Of a DNA stretch of 64,000 bases, positions 33,297-48,290 are shown piece after piece. The stretch is taken from assembly GCA_964016885.1 (NCBI GenBank), contig OZ024765.1, positions 17,670,001 through 17,734,000 on the forward strand. The letters run 5' to 3'. The notes under the pieces are model-generated. The model did no database searches and was not told the DNA's origin. It saw nothing but the letters and a program-made list of their open reading frames with translations. Position 1 is the stretch's first letter; each line of letters starts with the position of its first letter. Source of the DNA: Eledone cirrhosa. Its lineage: Eukaryota. A program made the translations under genes and the position numbers.

Positions 33297-35882
33297 AAGG
33301 AATGCCTCAACAGCATAAAGTGTTTCATCCAAGAGTGTCACCCTGACAACATCTTAATGATGGGGGACTTCAACCTCCCCGGAGTTGACTGGTCCACAAA
33401 CACCCTGCCACCAGGTTCTTCTGCCTCAACCTCTGACAGGGAAGCTGTGGAATCGCTTCTTGACTTCATGGATGATTTCTTCCTATCCCAACTAGTGCTC
33501 GAACCAACGAGGTGCCACAAAAACGTCCTAGACTTAATTTTCAGCAATCACACTGACAATATCCACAATATTGCAGTGGAGAAAACTCTACTCTCTGATC
33601 ATGACATGGTTCTCTGTGATCTGAGATTCCACCGTCCAATATACAAACCCAATGTCATTTCTCCTGCCCATCCGTTTGACGCTATGGATTTCCACAATGC
33701 AAACTGGGAAGCGATCAGTCATGATCTTGCACATGTCGACTGGTCCTTCACGCACACTCATACACCCACTAACATCAAAAAGTCCTGGCAGACATTTGTG
33801 GACACTGTTACAAACATATGTGCTAAACACACCCCATTAAGAACTATAAACAAATCTAAGAGCAGAATCCCTAGAAATAGAAAAACGCTCATCAGAAAAA
33901 TTAAGAGAACGAACAAAAAAATCAACAATCTGAAATACTGTCAGCAGCAACACATCAACTTGACTGCCATTTCATCACTAGAGATTAAAAAACATAACCT
34001 CCAAAACAACATAATGTCCCTCATCAACAATCAGAGAAGAGCTGAAGAGGCCTGGGCCATTGAGAAGATCAAACTCAATCCCAAAGTGTTCTTTTCATTT
34101 GCAAAAAAACACAAAATCACTGGCTCTACTGTTGGCCCTCTAATTGATGAAAATGGCACTCTTCAAGACAATGCTAAAACCATGGGTGAGATACTGCAGA
34201 AACAATACTGCTCTGTTTTCAGCAATCCTGATATGGCCGATCTGGGCTGTATCGGCGATGTTACTCCCCATTACACCTTATCGGACATAACGTTTGGCGC
34301 CCCTGATGTCTTGGCGGCAATAAAGGAAATCAAGCATAATTCAGCAGTAGGTCCCGATAGGTTCCCTGCTTGTGTCTTGAAGGCGTGTCAACACCAACTT
34401 GCTTCTCCTCTTGCCAATCTGTGGCGGAACTCACTGGATGCTGGATATGTGCCAGAAAACCTTCTATCCCAGTCTGTTGTCCCAGTTTTCAAAAAGGGAA
34501 ACAAATCCCTTGCCGTGAATTACCGTCCAATCTCACTCACCTCTCATATCATTAAGGTATTTGAGCGAGTGGTGAGATCGCGAATGACCCACTTCCTTGA
34601 GAGTAACAATATGCTGAACTCCAACCAGCATGGATTCCGTAATGGAAGGGATTGCCTGACGCAACTACTGCATCACTTTGATGACATTTTGAGAGCCTTG
34701 GGAGAGGGTTCCAACACTGATGTTATCTACCTTGATTTCAGCAAGGCCTTTGACAGGGTTGATCATAACATTCTACTGAGAAAGCTGTCCAATATTGGTG
34801 TCACTGGAAAGCTGCTGCAGTGGATCAAGAGCTTCCTGTCAAACAGAACCCAACATGTTGTAGTTGAGGGAGTCAAATCAAGCCCAGCCAAAGTCAGTAG
34901 TGGAGTCCCACAAGGCACTGTGTTGGGCCCACTTCTCTTCATCATCTATATTAATGACATCACTGACATCATCAAACACAGCAACATTAAAATTTTCGCT
35001 GATGATTCCAAGCTCCAAAAGGTCATCAATGGCGTGGATGACCGGATAAGCCTTCAGTCAGACCTACTGGCTGTTACCCAATGGGCAGAAAAGAACAACA
35101 TGTTACTGAACGAAGACAAATTCGAACTGATCCACTTTGGAAAAGAGGATGCTCTGAAACTCCCGTACTCCCTTCCCTCCGGGGAAACTCTCGTGGCATC
35201 TAACAACATCAGAGACTTGGGAGTAACCGTGGACAGCAACATAAGCTGGACCACGCATATAAGCAGCAAAGTTGACATGGCCCGCAGAATGTGTTCCTGG
35301 ATCCTCAGAACCTTCCAGTCGAGAGATTCCCGCACCATTATCCTTCTCTTCTCTACTTTCGCCCGACCACACCTTGAATACTGTTGTCCACTGTGGTCTC
35401 CCCACACGAAACAAAGTATCATGAAACTTGAAGCTCCTCAAAGGGCAATCACGAAAAAGATAGATGGCATGTCAGACCTTGACTACTGGGGTCGATTGGA
35501 AAACCTGAAACTTTACTCACTCCAACGTCGCCGTGAGCGTTATATTATCTGCATGATGTGGAAAATGTTCCATCATCACTGCCCAAATGATGTTGGCATC
35601 GCCTTCAAGATACACCCAAGGCTTGGGCCCCGTGCTATCCGTCCCATTCAAAAATCTAAATCGCAACTCATAACAACAATACGGCACAATTATTTCACCT
35701 CAATCGGCCCTGCTCTCTTCAACATCACACCAGGACACGTCAAAACAGAAACTGACCACACAAAATTCAAGAAGTCTTTGGACAAATTCCTCCAAGTAAT
35801 CCCGGACAAACCACCCACACCCGGATATGTCTCCGCAAACAGTAATTCTCTTCTCGAATGGGCCATGGTGCCCAAATCCTGA
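33297..35882 (+). CDS. LINE ORF2 (partial APE endonuclease plus complete reverse transcriptase), 5'-truncated, CR1/L2 group
   Basis: Open for 861 codons: MGDFNLP, LDLIFSN, LSDH (APE); [52 protein letters not shown] (RT). Confidence 0.92.
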   Translation, partial: KECLNSIKCFIQECHPDNILMMGDFNLPGVDWSTNTLPPGSSASTSDREAVESLLDFMDDFFLSQLVLEPTRCHKNVLDLIFSNHTDNIHNIAVEKTLLSDHDMVLCDLRFHRPIYKPNVISPAHPFDAMDFHNANWEAISHDLAHVDWSFTHTHTPTNIKKSWQTFVDTVTNICAKHTPLRTINKSKSRIPRNRKTLIRKIKRTNKKINNLKYCQQQHINLTAISSLEIKKHNLQNNIMSLINNQRRAEEAWAIEKIKLNPKVFFSFAKKHKITGSTVGPLIDENGTLQDNAKTMGEILQKQYCSVFSNPDMADLGCIGDVTPHYTLSDITFGAPDVLAAIKEIKHNSAVGPDRFPACVLKACQHQLASPLANLWRNSLDAGYVPENLLSQSVVPVFKKGNKSLAVNYRPISLTSHIIKVFERVVRSRMTHFLESNNMLNSNQHGFRNGRDCLTQLLHHFDDILRALGEGSNTDVIYLDFSKAFDRVDHNILLRKLSNIGVTGKLLQWIKSFLSNRTQHVVVEGVKSSPAKVSSGVPQGTVLGPLLFIIYINDITDIIKHSNIKIFADDSKLQKVINGVDDRISLQSDLLAVTQWAEKNNMLLNEDKFELIHFGKEDALKLPYSLPSGETLVASNNIRDLGVTVDSNISWTTHISSKVDMARRMCSWILRTFQSRDSRTIILLFSTFARPHLEYCCPLWSPHTKQSIMKLEAPQRAITKKIDGMSDLDYWGRLENLKLYSLQRRRERYIICMMWKMFHHHCPNDVGIAFKIHPRLGPRAIRPIQKSKSQLITTIRHNYFTSIGPALFNITPGHVKTETDHTKFKKSLDKFLQVIPDKPPTPGYVSANSNSLLEWAMVPKS

Positions 35883-35967
35883 ATTGAAAGACTTCGCCAG
35901 GTGGTGCTATTAAGTTAGACATGGCCTGGGCCAATACTGGCCAAAACATTTCAAAGTTATTCAAAGT

Positions 35968-35968
<1 letters not shown>
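33297..35968 (+). mobile_element. Young CR1/L2-group LINE insertion in (TA)n
   Basis: ORF plus short 3' UTR ending TTCAAAGTTATTCAAAGTT; flanked by TA repeats. Confidence 0.9.
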
Positions 35969-36006
<38 letters not shown>

Positions 36007-36011
36007 GTATG

Positions 36012-36056
<45 letters not shown>

Positions 36057-36061
36057 GTATA

Positions 36062-36093
<32 letters not shown>

Positions 36094-36109
36094 CATATAC
36101 ATATGTATA

Positions 36110-36156
<47 letters not shown>

Positions 36157-36268
36157 ATATATATATACATACATACATATATATATATACATATATATAT
36201 ATATACATATATACATACATACATATATATATATACATATATATATATATACATATATACATACATAC

Positions 36269-36411
<143 letters not shown>

Positions 36412-36423
36412 CATATATATATA

Positions 36424-38170
<1,747 letters not shown>

Positions 38171-38235
38171 ATGTATACATATATATATGTATATATATAT
38201 TTGTATATATAAATATATATACATATATATATATT

Positions 38236-38270
<35 letters not shown>

Positions 38271-38330
38271 ATATATATATATATATATATACATACATAT
38301 ATATTTGTATATATATATATATATATATAT

Positions 38331-38379
<49 letters not shown>

Positions 38380-38540
38380 TATATATATATATGTATATAT
38401 AAATATATATATACATATATATATATATATATGTATATATAAATATATATATATACATATATATATAAATGTATATATAAATATATATATATATACACAT
38501 ATATACATACATATATGTATATATATATATGTATATATAA

Positions 38541-38597
<57 letters not shown>

Positions 38598-38639
38598 TAA
38601 AATAAACAAAGAAGCCTTCAATACATCAAAAATCTTTAT

Positions 38640-38684
38640 TTGCTGACAGTGTTTCGACCCATTAACCAGGAATCATCAGAGCAA
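38640..38684 (-). ncRNA. Type I hammerhead, family A (stem II mutated)
   Basis: TTGCT CTGATGA ttcc-tggttaatg-ggtc GAAAC ACT GTC AGCAA. Confidence 0.65.
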
Positions 38685-38978
38685 GGAAAAAGAGAAGAGG
38701 TATTAACGGCCAGAACAGGCCAAAACTCAGAAGAAAATGGAATGGATATTTATGAAAATTTGGGAGAATTATCATGGAAAGACATGCTAAACCTAATATG
38801 GTGCATTTGTAAATAAAGGCTATAGGGCAATAGAGCAAGCAAGACATTAAACATTAAACAAACCCACGTGAAAAGTACAATATAAGTTTAATACTTGAAA
38901 TACAACATAGTAATACAATGTGAGAATTATAATACAATATACAATACCATACAATAGATAATACAGAAATAAAACTTA

Positions 38979-39012
<34 letters not shown>

Positions 39013-39608
39013 CCACACACACTCACCATACTTTTAAATATTATATGGTATTATTATTTTTTACCCTGTGAAATACATTATGCTTTTATACACAATTTGT
39101 TGACTGTAAATGATACATAGGATGTATTTTTATATATATTTTTTTAATGTCAATATATTATTTTCATTGATTTTGGTATTGTTTAATCACACCTTCATGG
39201 TGATTATTCTATTATAATGCTTATATTTATATTTATATTTGTGTAATTATGTGTATGTGTAAATGTGTATATATATGTGTCAGAGTGAGTGTGGATATAT
39301 ATATATATATATATTAAGTTTTATTTCTGTATTATCTATTGTATGGTATTGTATATTGTATTATAATTCTCACATTGTATTACTATGTTGTATTTCAAGT
39401 ATTAGACTTATATTGTACTTTTTACGTGGGTTTGTTTAATGTTTCATGTCTTGCTTGCTCTATTGCCCTATAGCCTTTATTTACAAATACACCATATTAG
39501 GTTTAGCATGTCTTTCCATGATAATTCTCCCAAATGTTCATAAATATCCATTCCATTTTCTTCTGAGTTTGGGCCTGTTCTGGCCGTAAATACCTCTTGT
39601 CTTTTTCC

Positions 39609-39653
39609 TTGCTCTGATGAGTCCTGGTTAATGGGACGAAACACTGTCAGCAA
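39609..39653 (+). ncRNA. Minimal type I hammerhead ribozyme, family A (canonical)
   Basis: TTGCT CTGATGA GTCC-tggttaatg-GGAC GAAA C-act-G TC AGCAA; GUC cleavage triplet; AATAAA immediately follows. Confidence 0.88.
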
Positions 39654-39859
39654 ATAAAGATTTTAGATGTATTGAAGGCTTCTTTGTTTATTTTAGATAA
39701 TTTTTCGGCTCTGTTGGATAACATTGAGCTATACCCTATACTGTCTTTTCTCTAATACGACAAGTGTGTTTAACTCCAATGCACTCAAGTATTATAATCT
39801 TATACATATATATATATACATATATATACACATATATATATACACATATATATATATAC

Positions 39860-39896
<37 letters not shown>

Positions 39897-39897
39897 C

Positions 39898-39932
<35 letters not shown>

Positions 39933-39944
39933 CACATACATATA

Positions 39945-40527
39945 TACACGTACATACATATATGTATACATACGTACAGTAGTATGTATATATATATACA
40001 TACTACTGTACGTCTGTATACATATATGTATGTACGTGTACATACTTATATTTAAGTAACAGCCGTACTAAGAGTGGGAAATGAAATTTCGTTTCATTTT
40101 TTCCGTTTATCGTTTTCGGTGCACCCGGCCTATTAACCCACTCGATATGCAAATTGGGCTGTTCAACCGTTAATATGCATAAGGTAACTATATAAGTTCA
40201 ACAATCTGGCAGGAAGGTATACGTTGCTGACGATAGCTAATAAGCTTGAAACTAGTACAGCGTTCCTTTGTCAGTGTTGAACAAACGAGCAACGATGGTT
40301 GCTAGACACTACGGCTTAATACGGGATGTTTGTTTACAAACACACCGAGCATTATAATAAATGTTCGGTGAATCCATTCGTACATATATATATGTGTGCA
40401 TGTATGTATATATATATACATACTACTGTACGTATGTATACATATATGTATGTACGTGTACATAGTTATATTTAAGTAACAGCCGTACTAAGAGAGGGAA
40501 AGGAAATTTCGTTTCATTTTTTCCGTT

Positions 40528-40530
<3 letters not shown>
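39945..40530 (+). mobile_element. Retrozyme-like element family C: 420-nt monomer with ~110-nt terminal direct repeat and 5' fold-back
   Basis: 40001-40110 recurs at 40421-40530; 39945-40040 is a palindrome; one internal HHR; no credible ORF. Confidence 0.75.
40221..40263 (+). ncRNA. Minimal type I hammerhead ribozyme, family C
   Basis: ACGTTG CTGACGA tAGCT-aata-AGCTt GAAA CTAG TA CAGCGT; stem III region ACTAGT is palindromic. Confidence 0.85.
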
Positions 40531-40577
<47 letters not shown>

Positions 40578-40750
40578 TACAATTATACATATGTATATAT
40601 ATATACATATGTATATATATATACATATATACATATGTATATATATATACATATATACATATGTATATATATATACATATATACATATGTATATACATAT
40701 ATACATATATATATATACACATATATATATACACATATATATACACACAT

Positions 40751-40784
<34 letters not shown>

Positions 40785-40893
40785 ATATACATATACATAT
40801 GTATATATATATACATATACATATGTATATATATATACATATACATATGTATATATATATACATATACATATATATATATATATACATATATG

Positions 40894-40946
<53 letters not shown>

Positions 40947-40979
40947 GTATATATATGTATATGTATATATATGTATATG

Positions 40980-41043
<64 letters not shown>

Positions 41044-41108
41044 TATACATATATATGTACATATACATATATATACATATACATATATATACATATACAT
41101 ATATATAC

Positions 41109-41159
<51 letters not shown>

Positions 41160-41188
41160 CATATATATACATATATACATATATATAC

Positions 41189-41219
<31 letters not shown>

Positions 41220-41502
41220 CATATATATATACATATATATATATATACATATATATATACATACATATATATATACATATATACATATATACATATATAT
41301 ATATATACATATATATGTATACATATATATATATATACATATATATATATACATATATATATACATATATATATACATATATATATACATATATATATAC
41401 ATATATATATATACATATATATATACATATATACATATATATATACATATATACATATATATATATACATATATATATACATATATATATATATACATAT
41501 AT

Positions 41503-41673
41503 ATGGAAAGTTATATTTAAATTGTTGGGTTAACAACGAGTAAATATTTATAACTGATATAAAAGCACTCAACAAGTATTTGGAGTATATTTATGATATA
41601 AATATATATAAATTTATATATAACGAAATAAATATGGTTTTATAAATATAGTTTCCATTTATTTAATATCATA
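41503..41673. mobile_element. Family D element 3' fragment with internal inversion
   Basis: 41503-41599 equals 20724-20820; ~41615-41673 is the reverse complement of ~20813-20870. Confidence 0.8.
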
Positions 41674-41897
41674 TATACATATATATATATATACATATAT
41701 ATATACATATATATATACATATACATATAAAATATATACATATATATATACATATACATATATACATATACATATACATATATACATATATATATATACA
41801 TATATATATACATATATATATACATATACATATATATATATATACATATACATATATATATATACATATATACATATATATATATACATATATATAC

Positions 41898-41944
<47 letters not shown>

Positions 41945-42350
41945 CATATATATACATATATATATACATATACATATATATACATATACATATGTATACA
42001 TATACATATATACATATGTATATATATATACATATGTATATATATATATATACATATATATATACATATATACATACATATATACATATGTATATACAAA
42101 TATACATATATACATATGTAGATACATATATACATATGTATATACATATATATATACATATATACATATGTATATACATATATATATACATATGTATATA
42201 CATATATACATATGTATATATATATACATATGTATATACATATATACATATGTATATATATATACATATGTATATGTATATATATATGTACATATGTATA
42301 TATATATACATATGTATATATATATATACATATGTATATATATATACATA

Positions 42351-42382
<32 letters not shown>

Positions 42383-42558
42383 CACATATACATATGTATA
42401 TATATATATACATATGTATATATATATACATATTTATATATACATATGTATATATATATACATATATATATATACATATATACATATGTATATATACATA
42501 TGTATATATATACATATGTATATATATATACATATGCATATATATATATACATATGTA

Positions 42559-42596
<38 letters not shown>

Positions 42597-42598
<2 letters not shown>

Positions 42599-42838
42599 AG
42601 GTATTAGGATTGGTGCTCTGAAATAGCGATGTATACATGAATGTATGTATAGTATATTTGACAATATACCGTATGTTTCATTAAAAACATTTTGGCGACC
42701 ATTCGCTTTCAACTTCTCTCCCTTTTTTCGCCGAAAAGAAGTGGCATAATCACTACTTTAAAACTGATAGCGTAAAGTTTTCTAAATGTTTTTAATTAAA
42801 CATACGGTATATTGCCAAATATACTATACATATGTATA
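42597..42838. mobile_element. MITE-like element with long inverted repeats
   Basis: 42646-42692 is the approximate reverse complement of 42784-42830; related copy at 56617-56817. Confidence 0.6.
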
Positions 42839-42844
42839 TAAATT

Positions 42845-43184
42845 AATAAAAACAAAGAACAAATTCCTTATATTAAAAAAAAATCATCATTTTACGATCG
42901 TTTCTAGGATGTATATGTGTGTTGGTATGTATATCATATAGATCTATGTAAAAATATTACAAACTATCAGAGGAAATATACATACCTTCACATGTATATG
43001 CTGTCTTCAGAATTATTTCTGAAGACAGCATATATATGTGAAGGTATGTATATTTCCTCTGATAGTTTTAAAAATATTTTTACATAGACCTATATGATAT
43101 ACATACCAACACACATATACATCCTAAAAACGATCGTAAAATGATGAATTTTTTAATATAAGGAACTTGTTCTTTGTTTTTATT
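42845..43184. mobile_element. Fold-back palindrome (~168-bp arms, 4-nt loop), hammerhead family E
   Basis: 42845-43012 is the approximate reverse complement of 43017-43184. Confidence 0.85.
43013..43144 (+). ncRNA. Hammerhead-like motif with ~100-nt stem II (family E)
   Basis: TTATTT CTGAAGA [long imperfect hairpin] (G>A)AAAC GATC GTA AAATGA; the mirror arm keeps GAAAC. Confidence 0.55.
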
Positions 43185-43377
43185 CATTGTTTTTATTAAT
43201 TTATCTTGACTCTGTTTTCCTGTGATTTTCATCGAACATTTTTGAATGCATCTTCTCTTTTCATGATATTTGGATTACATTGAGTTCTTCATACGGATTG
43301 GACACTACCGTATATTTTGGTAGATTTATCTACACACACACACACATATATATATATATATTCTTTCAGTTTATACT

Positions 43378-43725
43378 TTTCGGTGCACCCGGCCTATTAA
43401 CCTACTCGATATGCAAATTGGGCTGCTCAACCGTTAATATGCATAAGGTAACTATATAAGTTCAACAATCTGGCAGGAAGGTATACGTTGCTGACGATAG
43501 CTAATAAGCTTGAAACTAGTACAGCGTTCCTTTCTCAGTTTTGAACAAACGAGCAACGATGGTTGCTGTACACTACGGCTTAATACGGGATGTTTGTTTA
43601 CAAACACACCGAGCATTATAATAAATGTTCGGTGAATTCATACGTACATATATATATGTGTACATGTATATATATATATATATACTACTGTACGTCTGTA
43701 TACATATATGTATGTACGTGTACAT
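43378..43725 (+). mobile_element. Retrozyme-like family C, copy 2
   Basis: Near-identical to ~40113-40463. Confidence 0.8.
43485..43527 (+). ncRNA. Minimal type I hammerhead ribozyme, family C
   Basis: Identical to 40221-40263. Confidence 0.85.
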
Positions 43726-43729
43726 ACAT

Positions 43730-43789
<60 letters not shown>

Positions 43790-43790
<1 letters not shown>

Positions 43791-43957
43791 GTGTTTCCTG
43801 CAGTTTCTTCTTCTACCAAATTCTCACAAAGCATTAGTTAACCCAATGCTATAGTAGAATAGAAGACATAGGCACAAAGGTTCCCAAGCTGGGGGATTGA
43901 ACCCAAGACCAAGTGGTTGCGAAGTGCACACCTTAACCACACAGCCAGCCCAGCGCC
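43790..43957 (-). mobile_element. tRNA-derived CORE-type octopus SINE (degenerate)
   Basis: - strand GGCGC..TGGCTGTGTGGTTAAG (A box), GGTTCAATCCC (B box), ..TACTATAGC..TTGTGAGAATTTGGTAGA. Confidence 0.75.
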
Positions 43958-44053
43958 TTCATCTCTCTCTCCCTCTTCGCAGGAATACTGCTCATCTCCA
44001 GCCCCCGCTCAATATGTGTGGGTGTGTGCGTGTGTGTGTGTGTGATTTGCTTT

Positions 44054-44113
<60 letters not shown>

Positions 44114-44166
44114 TCATTTCATGCGTGTGAGCGTGTGAGTGAGTGTGTGTGTGTGTGATTTGCTTT

Positions 44167-44210
<44 letters not shown>

Positions 44211-44326
44211 TGTCTCATTTCATGCGTGTGAGTGAGTGTGTGTGTGTATGTATATATGTATATATGTCTTATTTTATGCGTGCATGTGTGTGCGTCTCTC
44301 TCTCTCTCTGTGTATGTCTGATTTTA

Positions 44327-44361
<35 letters not shown>

Positions 44362-44456
44362 TTGTTTTTTGCGTGTCTGTGTATGAGTGTGTGTGTGTAT
44401 ATATGTGTAGGTCTGATTTCATGCGTGTATGCGTAAGAGAGAGTCAGAGAGGGTGT

Positions 44457-44489
<33 letters not shown>

Positions 44490-44507
44490 TCTAATTTTAC
44501 GTGTGTA

Positions 44508-44622
<115 letters not shown>

Positions 44623-44919
44623 ATAACAAGTTATCGTTATAGGTAATCCAGTTAGACGTAATCTGGTTAGAGCACTCCACGTCGTGGATGGTTTTAACCT
44701 ACGGCTTTGTTTGACTCAACAAGATGCTTCCATAGTTATGCGGCGTGTTAATTGAGATTGATTGACGCAACCACGAGCGATTAGCGAACTCTAGACACAC
44801 CTGATCAACGAAACAATTGTCAGTACTTTAAATAAGGGTTGGTATTCAGTTTCATGGTGAAAGTCCAATTAGAAAATCCATCTCGCCCGTCTCCTCAATC
44901 GATTTTATTTCTCATTCTT

Positions 44920-44955
44920 TCTTCTGGTCAAGGACTTGCGTCTGAAACGTTAAGA
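44920..44955 (+). ncRNA. Degenerate minimal hammerhead (family F)
   Basis: TCTT CTGGTCA A GGA-cttgcg-TCT GAAACGTT AAGA; core has two changes from CTGATGA; the downstream 44967-45040 recurs at 56812-56885. Confidence 0.45.
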
Positions 44956-45060
44956 CCTCTTCCTGCTATATCTAGCGTTAACCTAATATATTCCTTCCAT
45001 ATACTGTACAGATTGTGTTGTTATTTCTGTTTACCTTTTAGACACACACACACACACACG

Positions 45061-45316
45061 TATGTATGTATGTATGTATGTATGTATGTATGTATGTATG
45101 TATGTATGTATGTATGTATGTATGTATGTATGTATGTATGTATGTATGTATGTATGTATGTATGTATGTATGTATGTATGTATGTATGTATGTATGTATG
45201 TATGTATGTATGTATGTATGTATGTATGTATGTATGTATGTATGTATGTATGTATGTATGTATGTATGTATGTATGTATGTATGTATGTATGTATGTATG
45301 TATGTATGTATGTATG
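45061..45316. repeat. Perfect (TATG)n tetranucleotide
   Basis: Direct inspection. Confidence 0.97.
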
Positions 45317-45618
45317 CATGCATGCATGCATGTATGTATGCATGTATTTTCTTTTTTATTTATTTATTAATTTTTTTTTCTCCTCGTGCAATGGCCATAC
45401 TCGATAACGAGGGAGCAGCCATCATGTATGTATGTATGTATGTATGTATGTTTGTATGTATGTATGTGAGTGAGTGAGTCTGTGCGTGCGTGTGTGTGTG
45501 CGTGTGTGTTTGATTGTATGCGTGTATATGTGTCAGTCACTATGTTGTGTATACGCGTATGTCTATATATTTATGCCTTTATGTGTAAATGTGTAAGCTG
45601 TTCTGTGTGTATAAATAA

Positions 45619-45686
<68 letters not shown>

Positions 45687-46124
45687 TCATTCTCTGTGTT
45701 TGTTGTGTAGGTCGTTGTGCGCATGCGTATGTGTATTTCGATGTGTGGAAATGTGTCGTGGTGGGTGTATGTGTGTATAGAGATCAATGTGAATATAGGT
45801 CACTGTTTCAATATGTAGGTCATTGTGTGTGTATACTTATTACAGTATTAAAAGTATATGTTTCTGCGTGCCTGCAAGTGTGTGTGTGTTTGTGTGTGTG
45901 TATGTATAAGCATATAGGCGTAGCTGTGTGCACATGGGTAAAATATATGGTTATGTGTACATGCGTGCTTATGTATGCATTTATGTATATGTTTGCTTGC
46001 ATGTGTGTGGATCTGAACGTATGTGCGTGTAGATGTGTCCATATGCGTCTGTATAATATATATCTATATATTATATTATGAATATATATTTATATACGCC
46101 ATGCCTTCTAGCTTTCTTTACGGT

Positions 46125-46240
46125 ATGAGTTCAAATCCCGTTGAGGTTAACGTTGCCTTTCATCCTTACGGGGTCGATAAAATAAAGTATCAGTAATGTA
46201 CAGGATAATTGCTGGCCTTGTGCCTAAAGTAGAAACCAAT
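46125..46240 (+). mobile_element. Meta-type SINE fragment
   Basis: Matches ~4230-4345. Confidence 0.8.
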
Positions 46241-46241
46241 A

Positions 46242-46305
<64 letters not shown>

Positions 46306-46462
46306 GGAGGTGAGTTTTATTGTAGTACAATAAAGCAATGCAGATATCGGATAAGAAGCACTCTACAGTTTGTAGGACTGGAGTATACATAATATATAAG
46401 AACAAAATGTATGAAATGCGCATAATAAAATACATGGAACTCTTTTAACCATCTTTTGTTCT

Positions 46463-46494
<32 letters not shown>

Positions 46495-46551
46495 ATATAT
46501 ATATATATATATATTATATTATATCTATATTATATTATATATATATATATG

Positions 46552-46637
<86 letters not shown>

Positions 46638-46667
46638 TATATCTATATTATATTATATATATCATAT

Positions 46668-46703
<36 letters not shown>

Positions 46704-46789
46704 CCTATATTATATTATATCTACATTATATTATATATATATATCGATGATATTAATAAATGGAAACTATATTTATAAAACCATATTTA

Positions 46790-46846
46790 TTTTATTATAT
46801 ATATATCAAGGGTCCCAAAAATTTGGTACGCCCTCATCAGATAAAA
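46790..46846 (-). ncRNA. Degenerate hammerhead, family D variant (GAAA>GATA)
   Basis: TTTTAT CTGATGA gggcgtacc...gaccctt GATA TATATA TA ATAAAA; flank identical to 20823-20860. Confidence 0.5.
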
Positions 46847-47027
46847 TACAAAATTTGTTTTATAAATAGTGACATAACCAAGAGACCAGACCTTATCGGT
46901 TCAGGTTCTCTGCTTATATATTTATATACACACACACATATATATATACATACACACATATATATATACATATATATATATATATTAATTCAAAATCTTA
47001 AAAAATAGATATTCTTGTGATCAATTA

Positions 47028-47094
47028 TATTTTATTATACATATTTCAGAGGTACTGAGTTAAGTTCAATAGTACGTCCTCATCAGATAAAATA
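47028..47094 (-). ncRNA. Type I hammerhead (D-related), left arm
   Basis: TATTTTAT CTGATGA ggacgtac...gtacctct GAAA TATGTA TA ATAAAATA. Confidence 0.7.
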
Positions 47095-47178
47095 AGATGA
47101 TGCATGACATAACCTGACATAGTAGATGGTTAAGATTCAGTCATGAATCTTAGCCATCTACTATGTCATGTATCATTT

Positions 47179-47245
47179 TATTTTATCTGATGAAGACGTA
47201 CTGTTGAACTTAACTCAGTACCTCTGAAATATGTATAATAAAATA
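47179..47245 (+). ncRNA. Type I hammerhead (D-related), right arm
   Basis: TATTTTAT CTGATGA AGAcGTACTG...CAGTACcTCT GAAA TATGTA TA ATAAAATA; 8-bp stem I. Confidence 0.75.
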
Positions 47246-47387
47246 TACTTGATCACAAGAATATCTAATTTGTTAATATTTTGAATTAATAGCAATAACT
47301 CTGGAAAAAAATTAAACTGTTGAGTGCTTCCAATCTATTGTAAAACTCATTCTTTGATGTATTCATTGAACCTTGTTTAACTTTTAA

Positions 47388-47422
<35 letters not shown>

Positions 47423-47489
47423 GATGATTGTGTATAAGTACTTGAGAGTTGCATCCCTAATAAGAGCGAAAACAACTGCAAACACATAC

Positions 47490-48290
47490 CACTACCAACA
47501 ACAGCAACAACAACAACACCACCACCACCAACAACACCAACAGCACCAACACCACCAACAACCTCCAACAGCACCAATAACAGCACCCCCAACACCACCG
47601 CCACCAACAACATCAACACCACCAACAACAACACCAACAACCTCCAACACCAACACCACCACCAACAACAACAACACCAACAACACCAACAACAACACCA
47701 CCAATAACAACACCAACAACACCAACAACAACACCACCAATAACAACACCACCACCACCAACAACAACACCACCAACACCACCAACAATAACACCACCAC
47801 CAACAACAACACCAACAACAACAACAACAACAACACCACCACCAACACCACCACCAACAACAACCACAGCAACACCACCACCACCAACAACAACACCAAA
47901 ACAAACACCACCACCAACAACACCACCAACAACACAACCAACAACACCAACAACACCACCACCAACAACAACACCAAAACAAACACCACCACCAACAACA
48001 CAACCAACAACACCAACACCAACAACACCACCACCACTACCACCAACAACAACAACACCAACAACAACACCAAAACAAACACCACCACCAACAACACCAA
48101 CAACAACACCAAAACAAACACCACCACCAACAACACAACCAACAACACCAACACCAACAACACCACCACTACCACCAACAACAACAACACCAACAACAAC
48201 ACCAACAACAACACCAACAACAACACCAAAACAAACACCACCACCAACACCACCAACAACACAACCAACAACACCAACAACATCAACACC
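47490..48290. repeat. (CAA/CAC)n trinucleotide repeat
   Basis: Direct inspection. Confidence 0.95.

Larger units (their letters stand above)
38588..39704. mobile_element. Long inverted repeat (~430-bp arms, ~260-bp spacer) of a hammerhead-bearing element, family A
   Basis: 38588-~39025 is the reverse complement of ~39285-39704 with scattered mismatches. Confidence 0.85.
46983..47291. mobile_element. Fold-back palindrome (~150-bp arms, 4-nt loop) with two hammerheads
   Basis: 46983-47139 is the approximate reverse complement of 47144-47291. Confidence 0.85.

Noticed and set aside
44797-44824. Hammerhead CTGATCA..GAAACAATTGTC
   Set aside because: No stem II and a poor stem I; at best a remnant
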